Source: an uncultured Chloroflexia bacterium
GTDB lineage: Bacteria; Chloroflexota; Anaerolineae; JAAEKA01
Length of the DNA stretch: 64,000 nucleotides
Assembly (NCBI GenBank): GCA_963709505.1
Contig: CAVPXC010000012.1
Span: forward strand, 93,356-157,355
Direction of reading: 5' to 3'
Shown here: in pieces, positions 1-8,913 of the stretch
How the letters are laid out: each line of letters begins with the position of its first letter
How positions within the stretch are numbered: the stretch's first letter is position 1
Translations under genes and position numbers: made by a program
The notes under the pieces: model-generated
Seen by the model: only the letters and a program-made list of their open reading frames with translations
Database searches by the model: none
What the model was told of the DNA's origin: nothing

Positions 1-126
1 CCTGGCGTATCAGCTTGCGCAGGAGCGGGCCGAAGGGATCGGGCAAGGTGGTTGCCGCCAAAGGCGTGATTCCCTCGACCGTTTCGAGATTGTCCACTTC
101 GTCGTGCAAGCTATCGTATTGGTTCA
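1..126 (-). CDS. hypothetical protein, partial (3' end beyond window start)
   Basis: Minus-strand ATG at 124-126 opens the frame MNQYDSLHDEVDNLETVEGITPLAATTLPDPFGP..., which runs to the window edge. No recognisable family. Confidence 0.2.
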
Positions 127-190
127 TTTTGCCTCAACTATTTAACCACATTCTTCTGCGATCAAATAATCCGGGTTGGGGGAAGGCCAC

Positions 191-1216
191 CTAGGAGTCC
201 TGCGACTCTGATACCCTCTTCACGCGCGCCGCATGGGCCTTCGCCCGGAGATCTTGGAAGAAATCAGTATCGACGATATCTTGAACTTGCTGCTGACGCT
301 TTGCTTCGTCAATTTCGATCTTGAGTTCCTCTACCTGGCGCTTTAGGCTGAGCTCCCGAACGCGGACTTTGTCCACCATGAAGGAGAACGTTTCGGCCAG
401 GTCGCTGATCTCATCGCGCAACAGACCGAATCTCGGTGCCATGCTTGCGAAGTCCTGGTCATAGTCTCCTTCGGCAACGCACTTGGCCATCCGCGTGAGC
501 CTGACAATCGGACGAGTTAGAAAACGCGTGAGCAAAAAGACCAGGACGGTTAGGGAACCGTAGGTAAAAAGAAATGCCAGAACGATTTTGGAACGGATGG
601 CTGACTGCACCTCAGATACGTAATCAGCCGCAAAGTCGATGCCGACCGCCCCCACATTTTCACCTTGTGAGTTCCTGATCGGACCATAAGCCGAGATCCA
701 CGTGCCCCATTTGTCCGAGTAAGGTTGGAGACGGAAAGCCACCTCGGATAGCCCGGTCAACATGAAATCCTGCGAAGGGGTGTAGGACTCCAGGAACTTC
801 GTTGCCTCCTCGGGATGGATTTTCCTGAATATGTCGCCAATCCAAAAAACCTCGCGATCCTGGGGGCTTTTGACATAGGAATAGGTATTTGCCCGCGGCT
901 CGATGTGGTTGACGTTTTCGATCCACGCCTGGTGGGTTTCGTAAAGTGGATCGTCCTTTGGCACACCGCTCTCATCGGGCTTAGCATTCTTGACCAGCGT
1001 CTCAAATTGGGCCCCATCGATGCCATCGATCGTGGCAGTGAGCGTACTGGTCATGTCCTGGGTGATCTGATTGAGCGCGGTCCTGGTACTAAAGTCATAG
1101 AACCACCAAAAGGCTAGCGCGAACACGACGCTGAAGACCAGGCTAAAGGCAATGATCAGCTTCCAGCTCAGGCTCAGCTCGATATGCCTGCGATGCGTCG
1201 GACGGTCTTGTGCCAT
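191..1216 (-). CDS. membrane sensor protein: two TM segments flanking a periplasmic Cache-like domain, a HAMP domain and a C-terminal ~45-aa conserved helical module, with no enzymatic output
   Basis: 341-aa ORF. The N-terminal TM segment is LIIAFSLVFSVVFALAFWWF. A second TM segment (IVLAFLFTYGSLTVLVFLL) is followed by a HAMP-like segment (TRPIVRLTRMAKCVAEGDYD...). The C-terminus is QVEELKIEIDEAKRQQQVQDIVDTDFFQDLRAKA, which recurs in the ORFs at 4169..6289 and 42030..42794. Confidence 0.75.
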   Translation of the reverse strand: MAQDRPTHRRHIELSLSWKLIIAFSLVFSVVFALAFWWFYDFSTRTALNQITQDMTSTLTATIDGIDGAQFETLVKNAKPDESGVPKDDPLYETHQAWIENVNHIEPRANTYSYVKSPQDREVFWIGDIFRKIHPEEATKFLESYTPSQDFMLTGLSEVAFRLQPYSDKWGTWISAYGPIRNSQGENVGAVGIDFAADYVSEVQSAIRSKIVLAFLFTYGSLTVLVFLLTRFLTRPIVRLTRMAKCVAEGDYDQDFASMAPRFGLLRDEISDLAETFSFMVDKVRVRELSLKRQVEELKIEIDEAKRQQQVQDIVDTDFFQDLRAKAHAARVKRVSESQDS

Positions 1217-1220
1217 TGGA

Positions 1221-1751
1221 TCACTCCATCACGGCGACTTGCCCTGCAATGATTGTTGCACCGGCCTCGTCGCTACGAACGAGATAGTCAGAGACAAAGC
1301 CGCGGTACGCTTCTTTTAGCGCCGTCGACAACTCCGAATAATAGCCAAATCTGCCACGACAGGTCATCGATCCGCAATGACACGTCAGGTCGAAATCAAA
1401 CTCCGGCCGCAAGCGCTCGTAGTGACAGTACTCGGTCATGGCGTAGTCGTAGCGGATTTCTTCGTCTTTGGCAATGTCGCGCAAGGCGTAGAAGTCCGGA
1501 TAGCCGTGCTTGTTGGTCTTGACGCCGGCATTCGGCTCGCACGAATGGTTCAGATAACGCGCCGGCGGATAGACGTCCAGGTGACGATCCCAGTCGATCT
1601 GTAAGGAGAACTCGCTTTGTTCGGGCACTACTCGACCGGTCGCGCTAAACAGAAAATCACCTCGCCTGAAGTCCTGCACGGCATAAACACCTAGTCGAAT
1701 ACCTTCGACGTATCTGAGATAAACAGTGATTGGGCGAAACTGCTCAGTCAT
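1221..1751 (-). CDS. SET-domain protein-lysine methyltransferase-like protein
   Basis: NHSCEPN motif, the conserved Tyr region EIRYDY and a post-SET Cys cluster (CHCGSMTCRG). The ATGA start/stop overlap with the upstream ATP-grasp gene indicates translational coupling. Confidence 0.8.
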   Translation of the reverse strand: MTEQFRPITVYLRYVEGIRLGVYAVQDFRRGDFLFSATGRVVPEQSEFSLQIDWDRHLDVYPPARYLNHSCEPNAGVKTNKHGYPDFYALRDIAKDEEIRYDYAMTEYCHYERLRPEFDFDLTCHCGSMTCRGRFGYYSELSTALKEAYRGFVSDYLVRSDEAGATIIAGQVAVME

Positions 1752-2719
1752 TGGTGATGGTCACAAACGGACACACTCGGCTCGCGAAGAAGCCGTGCGA
1801 TCAAATCGACGTAGGTCAGTCCGGCCTGCTCAGCAAGCGCAGGCATCGCCGAACGCGTCGGATGCAATCCTGGATTGGGGTTGATTTCCAAGAGCTGGGG
1901 GCGCTGGGCATGGTCCATACGGATATCTACCCGTCCGATGGCCTGGCAGTCAACCGTCCGATACGCGTGCCAGCCCAGGTCGCACAACTGATGCCGCAAG
2001 CTGCCATCGTCTACGGGACGAAAGGTCTGCGGGCTCCATGCCTTCTTGCCGGCCAGGTCTACCAAATGAATAGCCTCATGCTGGATTTCGACTACGCCCA
2101 GCACCTCGGCCGTGTCTCCTGAGCCAATGAGTCCGACGCTGAACTCGCGGCCTGGCAAGTAGTGCTCCACCAGTACCGGCTGCCTGAAAAACGCCAGCAG
2201 ATAGGCTACGCGCTGTGCGAGCGCCTCCGGCGTTCTCACGATCGACGCGGCGGCGATGCCTTTTGACGAGCCTTCCCGGGCCGGCTTGACAAACAACGGA
2301 AAGCCGTCCAGGTCGTCTCGCAGTGACGACAGATCGCCCATGTCCGCCACAAGCCAGAATTCCGGCGTGGGTAGGCCGGCAGAGCGCCAGAGTCGCTTGA
2401 TTATAGCTTTATCGATACAGAGCGTCAACGTGAACGCATCCGCACCTGTGCAAGGGATTTGCATCGCCTCGAGCAACGCAGGTACCTGGGCCTCGCGAGC
2501 ATGGCCCCAGCGGCCGGCCGCATAGTTGAAGACCAGATCGACTTTCTGGCCGTTGGCCAGAAAGCGCACCAGGTTGCCGATGTCGCCGATTCGCTTCACT
2601 TCGTGCCCGAGAGCCTCGATCGTTTTCGCCAAGTGATCAACTTCAAGGGCAGAGGCATACTCAGCCGTCCCTTCGGAGTCGTGTTTGTCCTGCAGCTCGT
2701 ATACCAGACCGACATTCAT
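1748..2719 (-). CDS. ATP-grasp ligase, D-alanine--D-alanine ligase family
   Basis: Ddl-like motifs (LVFNYAAGRWGHAREAQVPALLEAMQIPCTGADAFTLTLCIDK, EHYLPGREFSVGLIG). The true start is probably the internal MNVGLVYELQ at 2719, which overlaps the MFS stop by 1 nt (TAATG). Confidence 0.75.
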   Translation of the reverse strand: MNVGLVYELQDKHDSEGTAEYASALEVDHLAKTIEALGHEVKRIGDIGNLVRFLANGQKVDLVFNYAAGRWGHAREAQVPALLEAMQIPCTGADAFTLTLCIDKAIIKRLWRSAGLPTPEFWLVADMGDLSSLRDDLDGFPLFVKPAREGSSKGIAAASIVRTPEALAQRVAYLLAFFRQPVLVEHYLPGREFSVGLIGSGDTAEVLGVVEIQHEAIHLVDLAGKKAWSPQTFRPVDDGSLRHQLCDLGWHAYRTVDCQAIGRVDIRMDHAQRPQLLEINPNPGLHPTRSAMPALAEQAGLTYVDLIARLLREPSVSVCDHHQ

Positions 2720-4062
2720 TAGAAATCCAGCTTGTCGAGCACGCTGGCTCCACGTCCACGCCGCCGGAGCCGCCAATTGAGCAAACCCGTGTCGTAGATG
2801 GACCGTAAGCGCAGTGCCGCCCAAATGCCGACGACAGACGCCACCACAGCCGCCGCCAGATAGCCGTAGGCATAATTGGCAAGGCCCAGCCGCAGGCCTG
2901 CGAAGACGATTACCGCAGTGATCATACAGCCGCCCAGGGAGCCGGCCACAAACAGGTAGCTGTCCATAAAGATACTGACCCGGCCACGGCGTTCCTCCGG
3001 GACGAGCGCCTGAAACTGTTTGCGCGCCGTCTCGTCGACGGTGAACTGCGGCAGTTTCTGCAGAATCACGCCGCCTACTGCAGCAACGATGCTGGAGACC
3101 ATGGCCAGCATCCAGAGCGAACCGGCCAACGCGCAGACCGGGAGTATCAGAAAAGTGTTCTTCAGGCCGATCTTGGAAATGATCCGGCTCGCAAGAAACG
3201 CTTGCACGGCAATGGAGGCCACGGTGACGGCGAGACGATACAGGCTGTAAAAGGCCTGATAGCTCACCGGATTACTGAAGACCTGCTCGGACACCGTCAG
3301 AAAGTGAAACTCCAGAAAGGTCTCGCAAAAGATCATGGCAACAAGGATGATCGCCAGGAAGCGAAACACCGGGACGTGGCGCACAAAGTCCCAACCCTCC
3401 GTCAGCGTGGCGCCGACCGGTTCGACTTTGTACACTCGGGTGCGGATCTTGGCCCTCCGCAACCCAATGAACACCACAACAAGCGATGCCACATAGATCG
3501 TACTACAAAACAGCAAGACGCTGACAGTCCCCAAATTGAACTGAAGAGCCAGCGCGGGAAACACCAGGGCCAATAGAATCCCGGTTAAACGTCCCGCAAA
3601 ACCAAGGCTAGCGATCAGCGGAAAGAGCCGCTGCGACTGAGGCATGTCAAGCAGATCGCTCGCCAAAATCCAGAAGACCAGCGGGAAGAACAACCATTGT
3701 TGCTGAGCCACCAGGTAGAGCAGGCCGTAGTTGAGCCAGTCGGGCGTCTGGACGATGAACAAGATACTGAGAGTGGCAAAGGTCAACGCCAGCACGGCGC
3801 AGAGTACCTGCAACAGCTTCCTGCGGTCAAACCGGTCGATGATTAGCGACTGCGCTCCCGTGATCAACAGTGCTAGCCCAGCGTCCAGCATCCAGATGAA
3901 GAGGATGTCGTTGACGCCAACCTGGGTCAGAAAGTTGCTCACCGCCGTGATTTCGGCCAACGGTTGGGCAACCGAGTTTGCGAACAAGAGAAACCCCAGG
4001 GTCAGTACCAGGCCTGTTTCCCCGGGGCGGAGTCGGAACACCTGGCCCAGTCGTTGGATCAC
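2719..4062 (-). CDS. MFS-type transporter (12 predicted TM helices)
   Basis: 447-aa highly hydrophobic ORF with about 12 TM segments arranged in two halves. It is the first gene of the minus-strand operon MFS-ATPgrasp-SET-sensor. Confidence 0.65.
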   Translation of the reverse strand: MIQRLGQVFRLRPGETGLVLTLGFLLFANSVAQPLAEITAVSNFLTQVGVNDILFIWMLDAGLALLITGAQSLIIDRFDRRKLLQVLCAVLALTFATLSILFIVQTPDWLNYGLLYLVAQQQWLFFPLVFWILASDLLDMPQSQRLFPLIASLGFAGRLTGILLALVFPALALQFNLGTVSVLLFCSTIYVASLVVVFIGLRRAKIRTRVYKVEPVGATLTEGWDFVRHVPVFRFLAIILVAMIFCETFLEFHFLTVSEQVFSNPVSYQAFYSLYRLAVTVASIAVQAFLASRIISKIGLKNTFLILPVCALAGSLWMLAMVSSIVAAVGGVILQKLPQFTVDETARKQFQALVPEERRGRVSIFMDSYLFVAGSLGGCMITAVIVFAGLRLGLANYAYGYLAAAVVASVVGIWAALRLRSIYDTGLLNWRLRRRGRGASVLDKLDF

Positions 4063-4168
4063 AAGGACGCTCCTGATGGCCTAGTTGGGCTGGTGGGACG
4101 GCAGCCAGTACCGCTTTTGCGCGTAACGACCGTCAGGAAAGCACTGAACTAGCCACCCGCCATGCCGG

Positions 4169-6289
4169 TCAGGCAGGCTTGTCACGGTCTGCCTCGCCAG
4201 TGGGTGGGTTGCCTTCACTGCGCTCCGTCCGAAGCTTTCTGGCCTGCGCGGTCAGGTTCTGGAAGTATTCCGTATCGACGATCTCACCTACCTGCTTGCT
4301 TCGCTTGATCTCGTCGATCTCGATCCGCAGCTCCTTGATCTGGTTTTTTAGCTGCGTTTCACGTGATTGAACTTCCTGGGCGTTTTGAATGGCTACGGCC
4401 GCCTGGTTGGCCACGCTCTCCAACACCCGTAAGTTGTTGCTGTCGAAGGCGCTGCCCACCAGCTCGATGACACCGATCAGCTTGCCTCCAACCTGCAAGG
4501 GCACGCCCAGATAGGAGTACGGCGGGACGGCAAGACGACGCCAGGTGCGATCCAAGGTCGCCTCTTCCGGTGGGGCGGCTAAAAACGCAGTCATGTCGGC
4601 GATCAACAACCCTTCCCGCGTCTCGAGCAGCTTGTCGATCAGGCCCAAAGGCTGGGCATCGGCGCGTCCAGGCAATGGATATGTACGCCCAGATAGTTCC
4701 TGGGTCGAACCGCCACTGCCGGCGCTCGTTGTCACAGCGCTGCTGACTGGCTGAACAACGTCACCCTGAACGGCAAAACCATAGACGACCAGCTTGCCCT
4801 GGGTCGCATCGGCCAGGCTGATCTCGGCGGCATCGTAGGGAATGGCGCCGAGCAGCGAGGTGGCTAAGGAGGCCAGGGTCTCGTTGAGATCGATGCTCGA
4901 GGAAACCTTGCGGCCGATGTCGTAGATCGCTCGCAGCTCGGCCGTGCGCGCCTGTAAGGCGACAATCATGCGACTAAACACGCGCGCCAGGTGTCCCACC
5001 TCATCGCCTTGGTGGGTGACATCGGCGATTTGGCCAGGCATGAACGGTCGCTCCGCTTCAACTTCGCCAGCCGTGGTCGCCAAGGTGCTAATAGGTCGGG
5101 AGAGAGTACGTGCAACGAGCAGTGAGGCAATCACGGCTAGCACAGCCATCACCGCGGCGATTGCCAGGCCAAGCAAGCGCTGCCGCTCCACCGAGCCTAG
5201 GAAACTTGCTTCAGGCAAATCGACGACGACCATGGACAAACCAGATTGGCCTGCCGCTGCCGAACCCACTCCTTGTGTCGGGTTGGCCACGGGGGCAAAT
5301 GCGGCCACGTGAAACGCGCCGTTGCAGCGCTTCGCGTCGAAGGGGGCTGCCGGATCCGTGGGATGGCAGTAGCGCAAGCTGCCAGCCTTGGCCGACTGAA
5401 ACGCCTGGGCGACGGCGTCGCCCAGAGGCTGCACCGCCGGAATCGGTTCGGGTAAACGCGCTTCCTTTTCAGCCGGCGAGCACGTCGCCGCATTGTTGGG
5501 GCAAACGCCGCCTAGCGGCTTGGCTCCGGCAATCGCGGCCTGCGTTGTGGCGGAAAGCCCGCCCAGACTGCGGTACAACCAGTCGTCACCGCGCGATTGG
5601 CTCATCACAATGCCGTTCGGATCGACCAGATAAATGTTGATCGCTTCGCGCGCCTGCGATGCCACACCCTCGGTTTCAGCGTTCAAGGTCTCTCGAAAAA
5701 CGTCGTCGATGACCTTCTCGTCCAGATGGATTGCGACCGCGCCAACGACCGCCCCGTCTTCCTCGACCGGGGCAGAGAGACTGATACCCGGCTTGTCGTT
5801 GACCAGGTCACGCCGGAAGCTCGATGTATAAGCTTCGCCGGCCAGGGCTGCCTTGATGAAGTCACGCGTGGAGACATTGCGCCCGACCGTAGCCGGATCG
5901 GTGTGCGCCATGGCTGTACCGGTAGCGTTGTAGATGCCCACCGTGTCGATGTTGCCGTTGGCAAGCTGCATGTTGGATATGGCAGCGTTGAGGTCGCCTT
6001 GCCCACCCGGAGCGGCATCTGAGATCAAGGCCGCCGCCACCTGCGGATCGCTGGCGACGATACGCAGGAAGCCCTGGCTGTTGCTCAGGACGCTCGAGAT
6101 GTGCAGCGCGACGCTGCTGCCCAGGCGCGCCATGTTGTCCTGCGTCTGCTGCGTCAGCGCACCCACGCTGGACGCGCTGATAATCCAGGCAGCTAAGAGC
6201 AGGGGCACCAACGAAATCACCAGCATCACAACTAGCAGTTTTCTGGAGATCCGCCAATTTCGGAAGGACAACTTGTCTCGCATAGTCAT
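4169..6289 (-). CDS. membrane sensor protein: TM, Cache-like periplasmic domain, TM, HAMP, GAF, and the C-terminal conserved helical module
   Basis: 706 aa. N-terminal TM LLVVMLVISLVPLLLAAWII and a second TM LLGLAIAAVMAVLAVIASLLV, followed by a HAMP segment. GAF-like region (AIYDIGRKVSSSIDLNETLASLATSLLGAIPYDAAEISLAD...). C-terminal QIKELRIEIDEIKRSKQVGEIVDTEYFQNLTAQA. Confidence 0.75.
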   Translation of the reverse strand: MTMRDKLSFRNWRISRKLLVVMLVISLVPLLLAAWIISASSVGALTQQTQDNMARLGSSVALHISSVLSNSQGFLRIVASDPQVAAALISDAAPGGQGDLNAAISNMQLANGNIDTVGIYNATGTAMAHTDPATVGRNVSTRDFIKAALAGEAYTSSFRRDLVNDKPGISLSAPVEEDGAVVGAVAIHLDEKVIDDVFRETLNAETEGVASQAREAINIYLVDPNGIVMSQSRGDDWLYRSLGGLSATTQAAIAGAKPLGGVCPNNAATCSPAEKEARLPEPIPAVQPLGDAVAQAFQSAKAGSLRYCHPTDPAAPFDAKRCNGAFHVAAFAPVANPTQGVGSAAAGQSGLSMVVVDLPEASFLGSVERQRLLGLAIAAVMAVLAVIASLLVARTLSRPISTLATTAGEVEAERPFMPGQIADVTHQGDEVGHLARVFSRMIVALQARTAELRAIYDIGRKVSSSIDLNETLASLATSLLGAIPYDAAEISLADATQGKLVVYGFAVQGDVVQPVSSAVTTSAGSGGSTQELSGRTYPLPGRADAQPLGLIDKLLETREGLLIADMTAFLAAPPEEATLDRTWRRLAVPPYSYLGVPLQVGGKLIGVIELVGSAFDSNNLRVLESVANQAAVAIQNAQEVQSRETQLKNQIKELRIEIDEIKRSKQVGEIVDTEYFQNLTAQARKLRTERSEGNPPTGEADRDKPA

Positions 6290-6305
6290 TCAAACCTAAC
6301 CGAGC

Positions 6306-7622
6306 CTAAATGCTCCAGTCGATTGTACTTGTGGCAGCCGTCGCTGCGTTTGGTTTGGATTCCGTAGGATGGCGGTAGGCAATCAACATGGTGATGTCGT
6401 CGAACTGATCGGCTGTATCGATGAAGTTAGTCAGTGTCGCTTCCGTGCGCTCCAACAGGCTCACGGCGGAGTTTCCAGGCACTGCCAGCAGGTCGAGCAC
6501 CCGTTTCTCGGTAAAGAACTCGCGCGCGGGGTTGCGGGCCTCGGGCACGCCATCGGTGTAGGTAAACAACATGTCACCCGGCTCGATTGTGGCCGAGTCG
6601 ACCTTGAACTCCACGCCTGCCATCATCCCGACTGCCGGCCCAGTGGATTTGAGCCTGCCCTTGAGCGTACCATCGGGACCGATGATGAACGTGGGTGTGT
6701 GGCCGGCATTGATGTAGGTCAGGAGACCAGTGGCTGGATCCAGGATAGCCATGAACACCGTGGCGAAATAGTTGAGCTCCATATGGTTGTCGTTGATGTA
6801 GTTGTTGGTCAGGGTGATAGCGTTTTTCAGGGCCGTGATGCCCGTCGTTGGCGCTGCCGATCCACGCAAGCTCGCTGCCTGGCGGCGACCGCCGGCCGGG
6901 GCATCCTGCAGCACATCAGCCCAGCTCAACGAGTAGTTCTGCTGGGCAAAGGCGCGAATCAGGCTGCGCACCAGGGCCATAAAGATCGCCGCAGGAATAC
7001 CCTTGTCCACTACGTCGCCGATGACCAGACCAATGCGCCGGCCCTGGAGCATTGGGAAGATGTCGTAGAAATCGCCGGCGACGTCGCGTGCTGGCAGGCA
7101 GTGCGCCGCAAGCTCCCAGCCGGCCGGTTGGGCAAAGTCCTTGACGAGAAAGCTGGCCTGAATATAGCGTGCGATTTCCACGTCATGCTCAATTTTGAGC
7201 AGCAACTCCTCCCGCTGCTGTACCTTTTGTTCATCTCGCAGGCGCTTGTTTTCCAGGTTGAGTTCCAACCGAGCCTGAAGCAGAGCCGGATTGATTGGTA
7301 ACCAGAGGAAGTCGTCAACACCGACCTGCTGGTACTTCTCGATTTCGGCTGTTTCAGCCGGCTGTACCAGAAGCAGGATCGGCATGCCACTCAGACTCTG
7401 GGTAACGCGCACATGGGCCGCCAATTCTCGACTGGTCATGTCGGGTAAAGCAGTGCCAAGCAGCATCAAATCAAACGGCTGCTGCGCGAGCGCTTCCGTG
7501 GCCTGGCGCCCGGTTTCCGCTAAAGTCACCTGGTGGCCGAGTTCTTGCAGTACACTCACGAGAATATTGCGGTCGGCCTGGTCACCGTCAACAATCAGGA
7601 GCTGGCTTGGTTTGTTCTCCAT
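6306..7622 (-). CDS. response regulator receiver domain fused to a PP2C-type (SpoIIE/RsbU-like) serine phosphatase
   Basis: REC domain (LLIVDGDQADRNILVSVLQELGHQVTLAETG...FDLMLLGTALPDM). PP2C motifs (GDFYDIFPM, GLVIGDVVDKGIPAAIFMA, FTYTDGVPEA). Start chosen at MENKPSQLLIVDGD with a GAGGA ribosome-binding site. Confidence 0.8.
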   Translation of the reverse strand: MENKPSQLLIVDGDQADRNILVSVLQELGHQVTLAETGRQATEALAQQPFDLMLLGTALPDMTSRELAAHVRVTQSLSGMPILLLVQPAETAEIEKYQQVGVDDFLWLPINPALLQARLELNLENKRLRDEQKVQQREELLLKIEHDVEIARYIQASFLVKDFAQPAGWELAAHCLPARDVAGDFYDIFPMLQGRRIGLVIGDVVDKGIPAAIFMALVRSLIRAFAQQNYSLSWADVLQDAPAGGRRQAASLRGSAAPTTGITALKNAITLTNNYINDNHMELNYFATVFMAILDPATGLLTYINAGHTPTFIIGPDGTLKGRLKSTGPAVGMMAGVEFKVDSATIEPGDMLFTYTDGVPEARNPAREFFTEKRVLDLLAVPGNSAVSLLERTEATLTNFIDTADQFDDITMLIAYRHPTESKPNAATAATSTIDWSI

Positions 7623-7781
7623 ACTGGAATCCTCGAAAAAAGAAAAACGCCGGGCAGCCTCATCGTCCATCTTCGGCGCTGGCTGTCCAGCATAGCTCAC
7701 GAAGTCATCGCTTTCGTAGAGCAGGCTTCGTCGGACGGATCGGCCCCAGGCGATATGAAACGAGCATTAATCTTCGATCTA

Positions 7782-8225
7782 TCAAACAGGCGCTTGCGCT
7801 GCTGGCAGCTTCACGACGAAGATGTTGTAGTTACATCCGTCGGCGTAGCGATAGAGGAACTCATCGACGTTTTGGACGGCCAGATAGACACCCAGGCCGC
7901 CGATCATGCGGTTTTCCAGGGGCGAGTCCAGATCATCCGGCTGCGGCCGGTTCAGCGGATTGTACGCCACAGCCGAGTCGATCAGTGTGATTATAAGGCT
8001 ATCGGGTCCGATCTCGGCTCTAACCTCGACGTCACCTGTGAGACCGTGCTCCTCATAGCCATGGATGACAATATTGGAGCTAATCTCATCAACCGCCAGT
8101 TGCAGACGATAGGTGCGCTTAGGGTCCAGTCCGGCCTCGGCTGCGGCCTCTTTGACGAATTCGCGAATCGGTCCCAGCGAGTTCAGCGTCCCGGGAACGA
8201 CTGCAGAGCGTGCGTTTGTTTTCAT
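7782..8225 (-). CDS. anti-sigma factor / serine protein kinase, RsbW/SpoIIAB-like (GHKL ATPase)
   Basis: HATPase_c-like sequence (LAVDEISSNIVIHGY...GGLGVYLAVQNVDEF). Start at the internal MKTNARSAVV. Confidence 0.7.
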   Translation of the reverse strand: MKTNARSAVVPGTLNSLGPIREFVKEAAAEAGLDPKRTYRLQLAVDEISSNIVIHGYEEHGLTGDVEVRAEIGPDSLIITLIDSAVAYNPLNRPQPDDLDSPLENRMIGGLGVYLAVQNVDEFLYRYADGCNYNIFVVKLPAAQAPV

Positions 8226-8390
8226 ACAATTCGTCATACCATAGGTGTGTCTCAGCAACGAGAGTTTTGTTTGGCTTCCGCCACGGGCAGTCCCCCTCGA
8301 CGTACGCCGAAAGGGCGACGTGTCATGAAGGAGCGACGAAGCACGGGTCCCCAGAGCCAATCGCTGGGGACCCGTATTCGAGAGAGAGGA

Positions 8391-8726
8391 CTAAAAAACC
8401 TCGATCACGGTCGGATCGTACGTGTCGAGCATGAACACGCTGTGATGGAAGCCGGTCATCTCGATCGTTTCCAGGACAGCGTCGTGCGCGCCGACGATGT
8501 AGATGTCGACACTGCCCATCTTCTGTTTGGCGAACACCAGGCCACGCAAGCCGGCGCTCGCCATGTAATCCAGGTTGGTCATGTCCAACACGAGCCGCTC
8601 AACCTCGGTATGCGAGATCTGGTCTACAGCGTCACGCAACAGCCCGGCGACAGACGCGTCCAGTTCGCCGGTGAGGGTGATGATGGCGATGCGGCCTCGA
8701 TTTTCTGTGAGTAGTGTGAATGCCAT
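8391..8726 (-). CDS. STAS-domain anti-sigma factor antagonist (RsbV/SpoIIAA-like)
   Basis: 111 aa. Sequence IAIITLTGELDASVAGLLRDAV...LVLDMTNLDYMASAGLRGLV, with the conserved phosphorylatable Ser in the DYMASAGL context. Confidence 0.85.
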   Translation of the reverse strand: MAFTLLTENRGRIAIITLTGELDASVAGLLRDAVDQISHTEVERLVLDMTNLDYMASAGLRGLVFAKQKMGSVDIYIVGAHDAVLETIEMTGFHHSVFMLDTYDPTVIEVF

Positions 8727-8913
8727 GATGGTTGTCCCTTCTGTTCCAAAGATTTATCTGATAGTAGCTTCGAGCTTCAAGTCATCCAACAGGCCCGGCG
8801 GCCCGATGGATGAAAACGCCTCGACAAGTCGAGGAGTCCGGCACGTGCCGCGGACTCCCGAACTTGTTCGGGCATTTTCAAAGGAGTGGTTAGGAAAATC
8901 GTGCGTGTTGCAC

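Noticed and set aside
7533-8714. 393-aa plus-strand ORF spanning the RsbW-like and STAS genes
   Set aside because: It is antisense to two well-supported genes and has no domain features.
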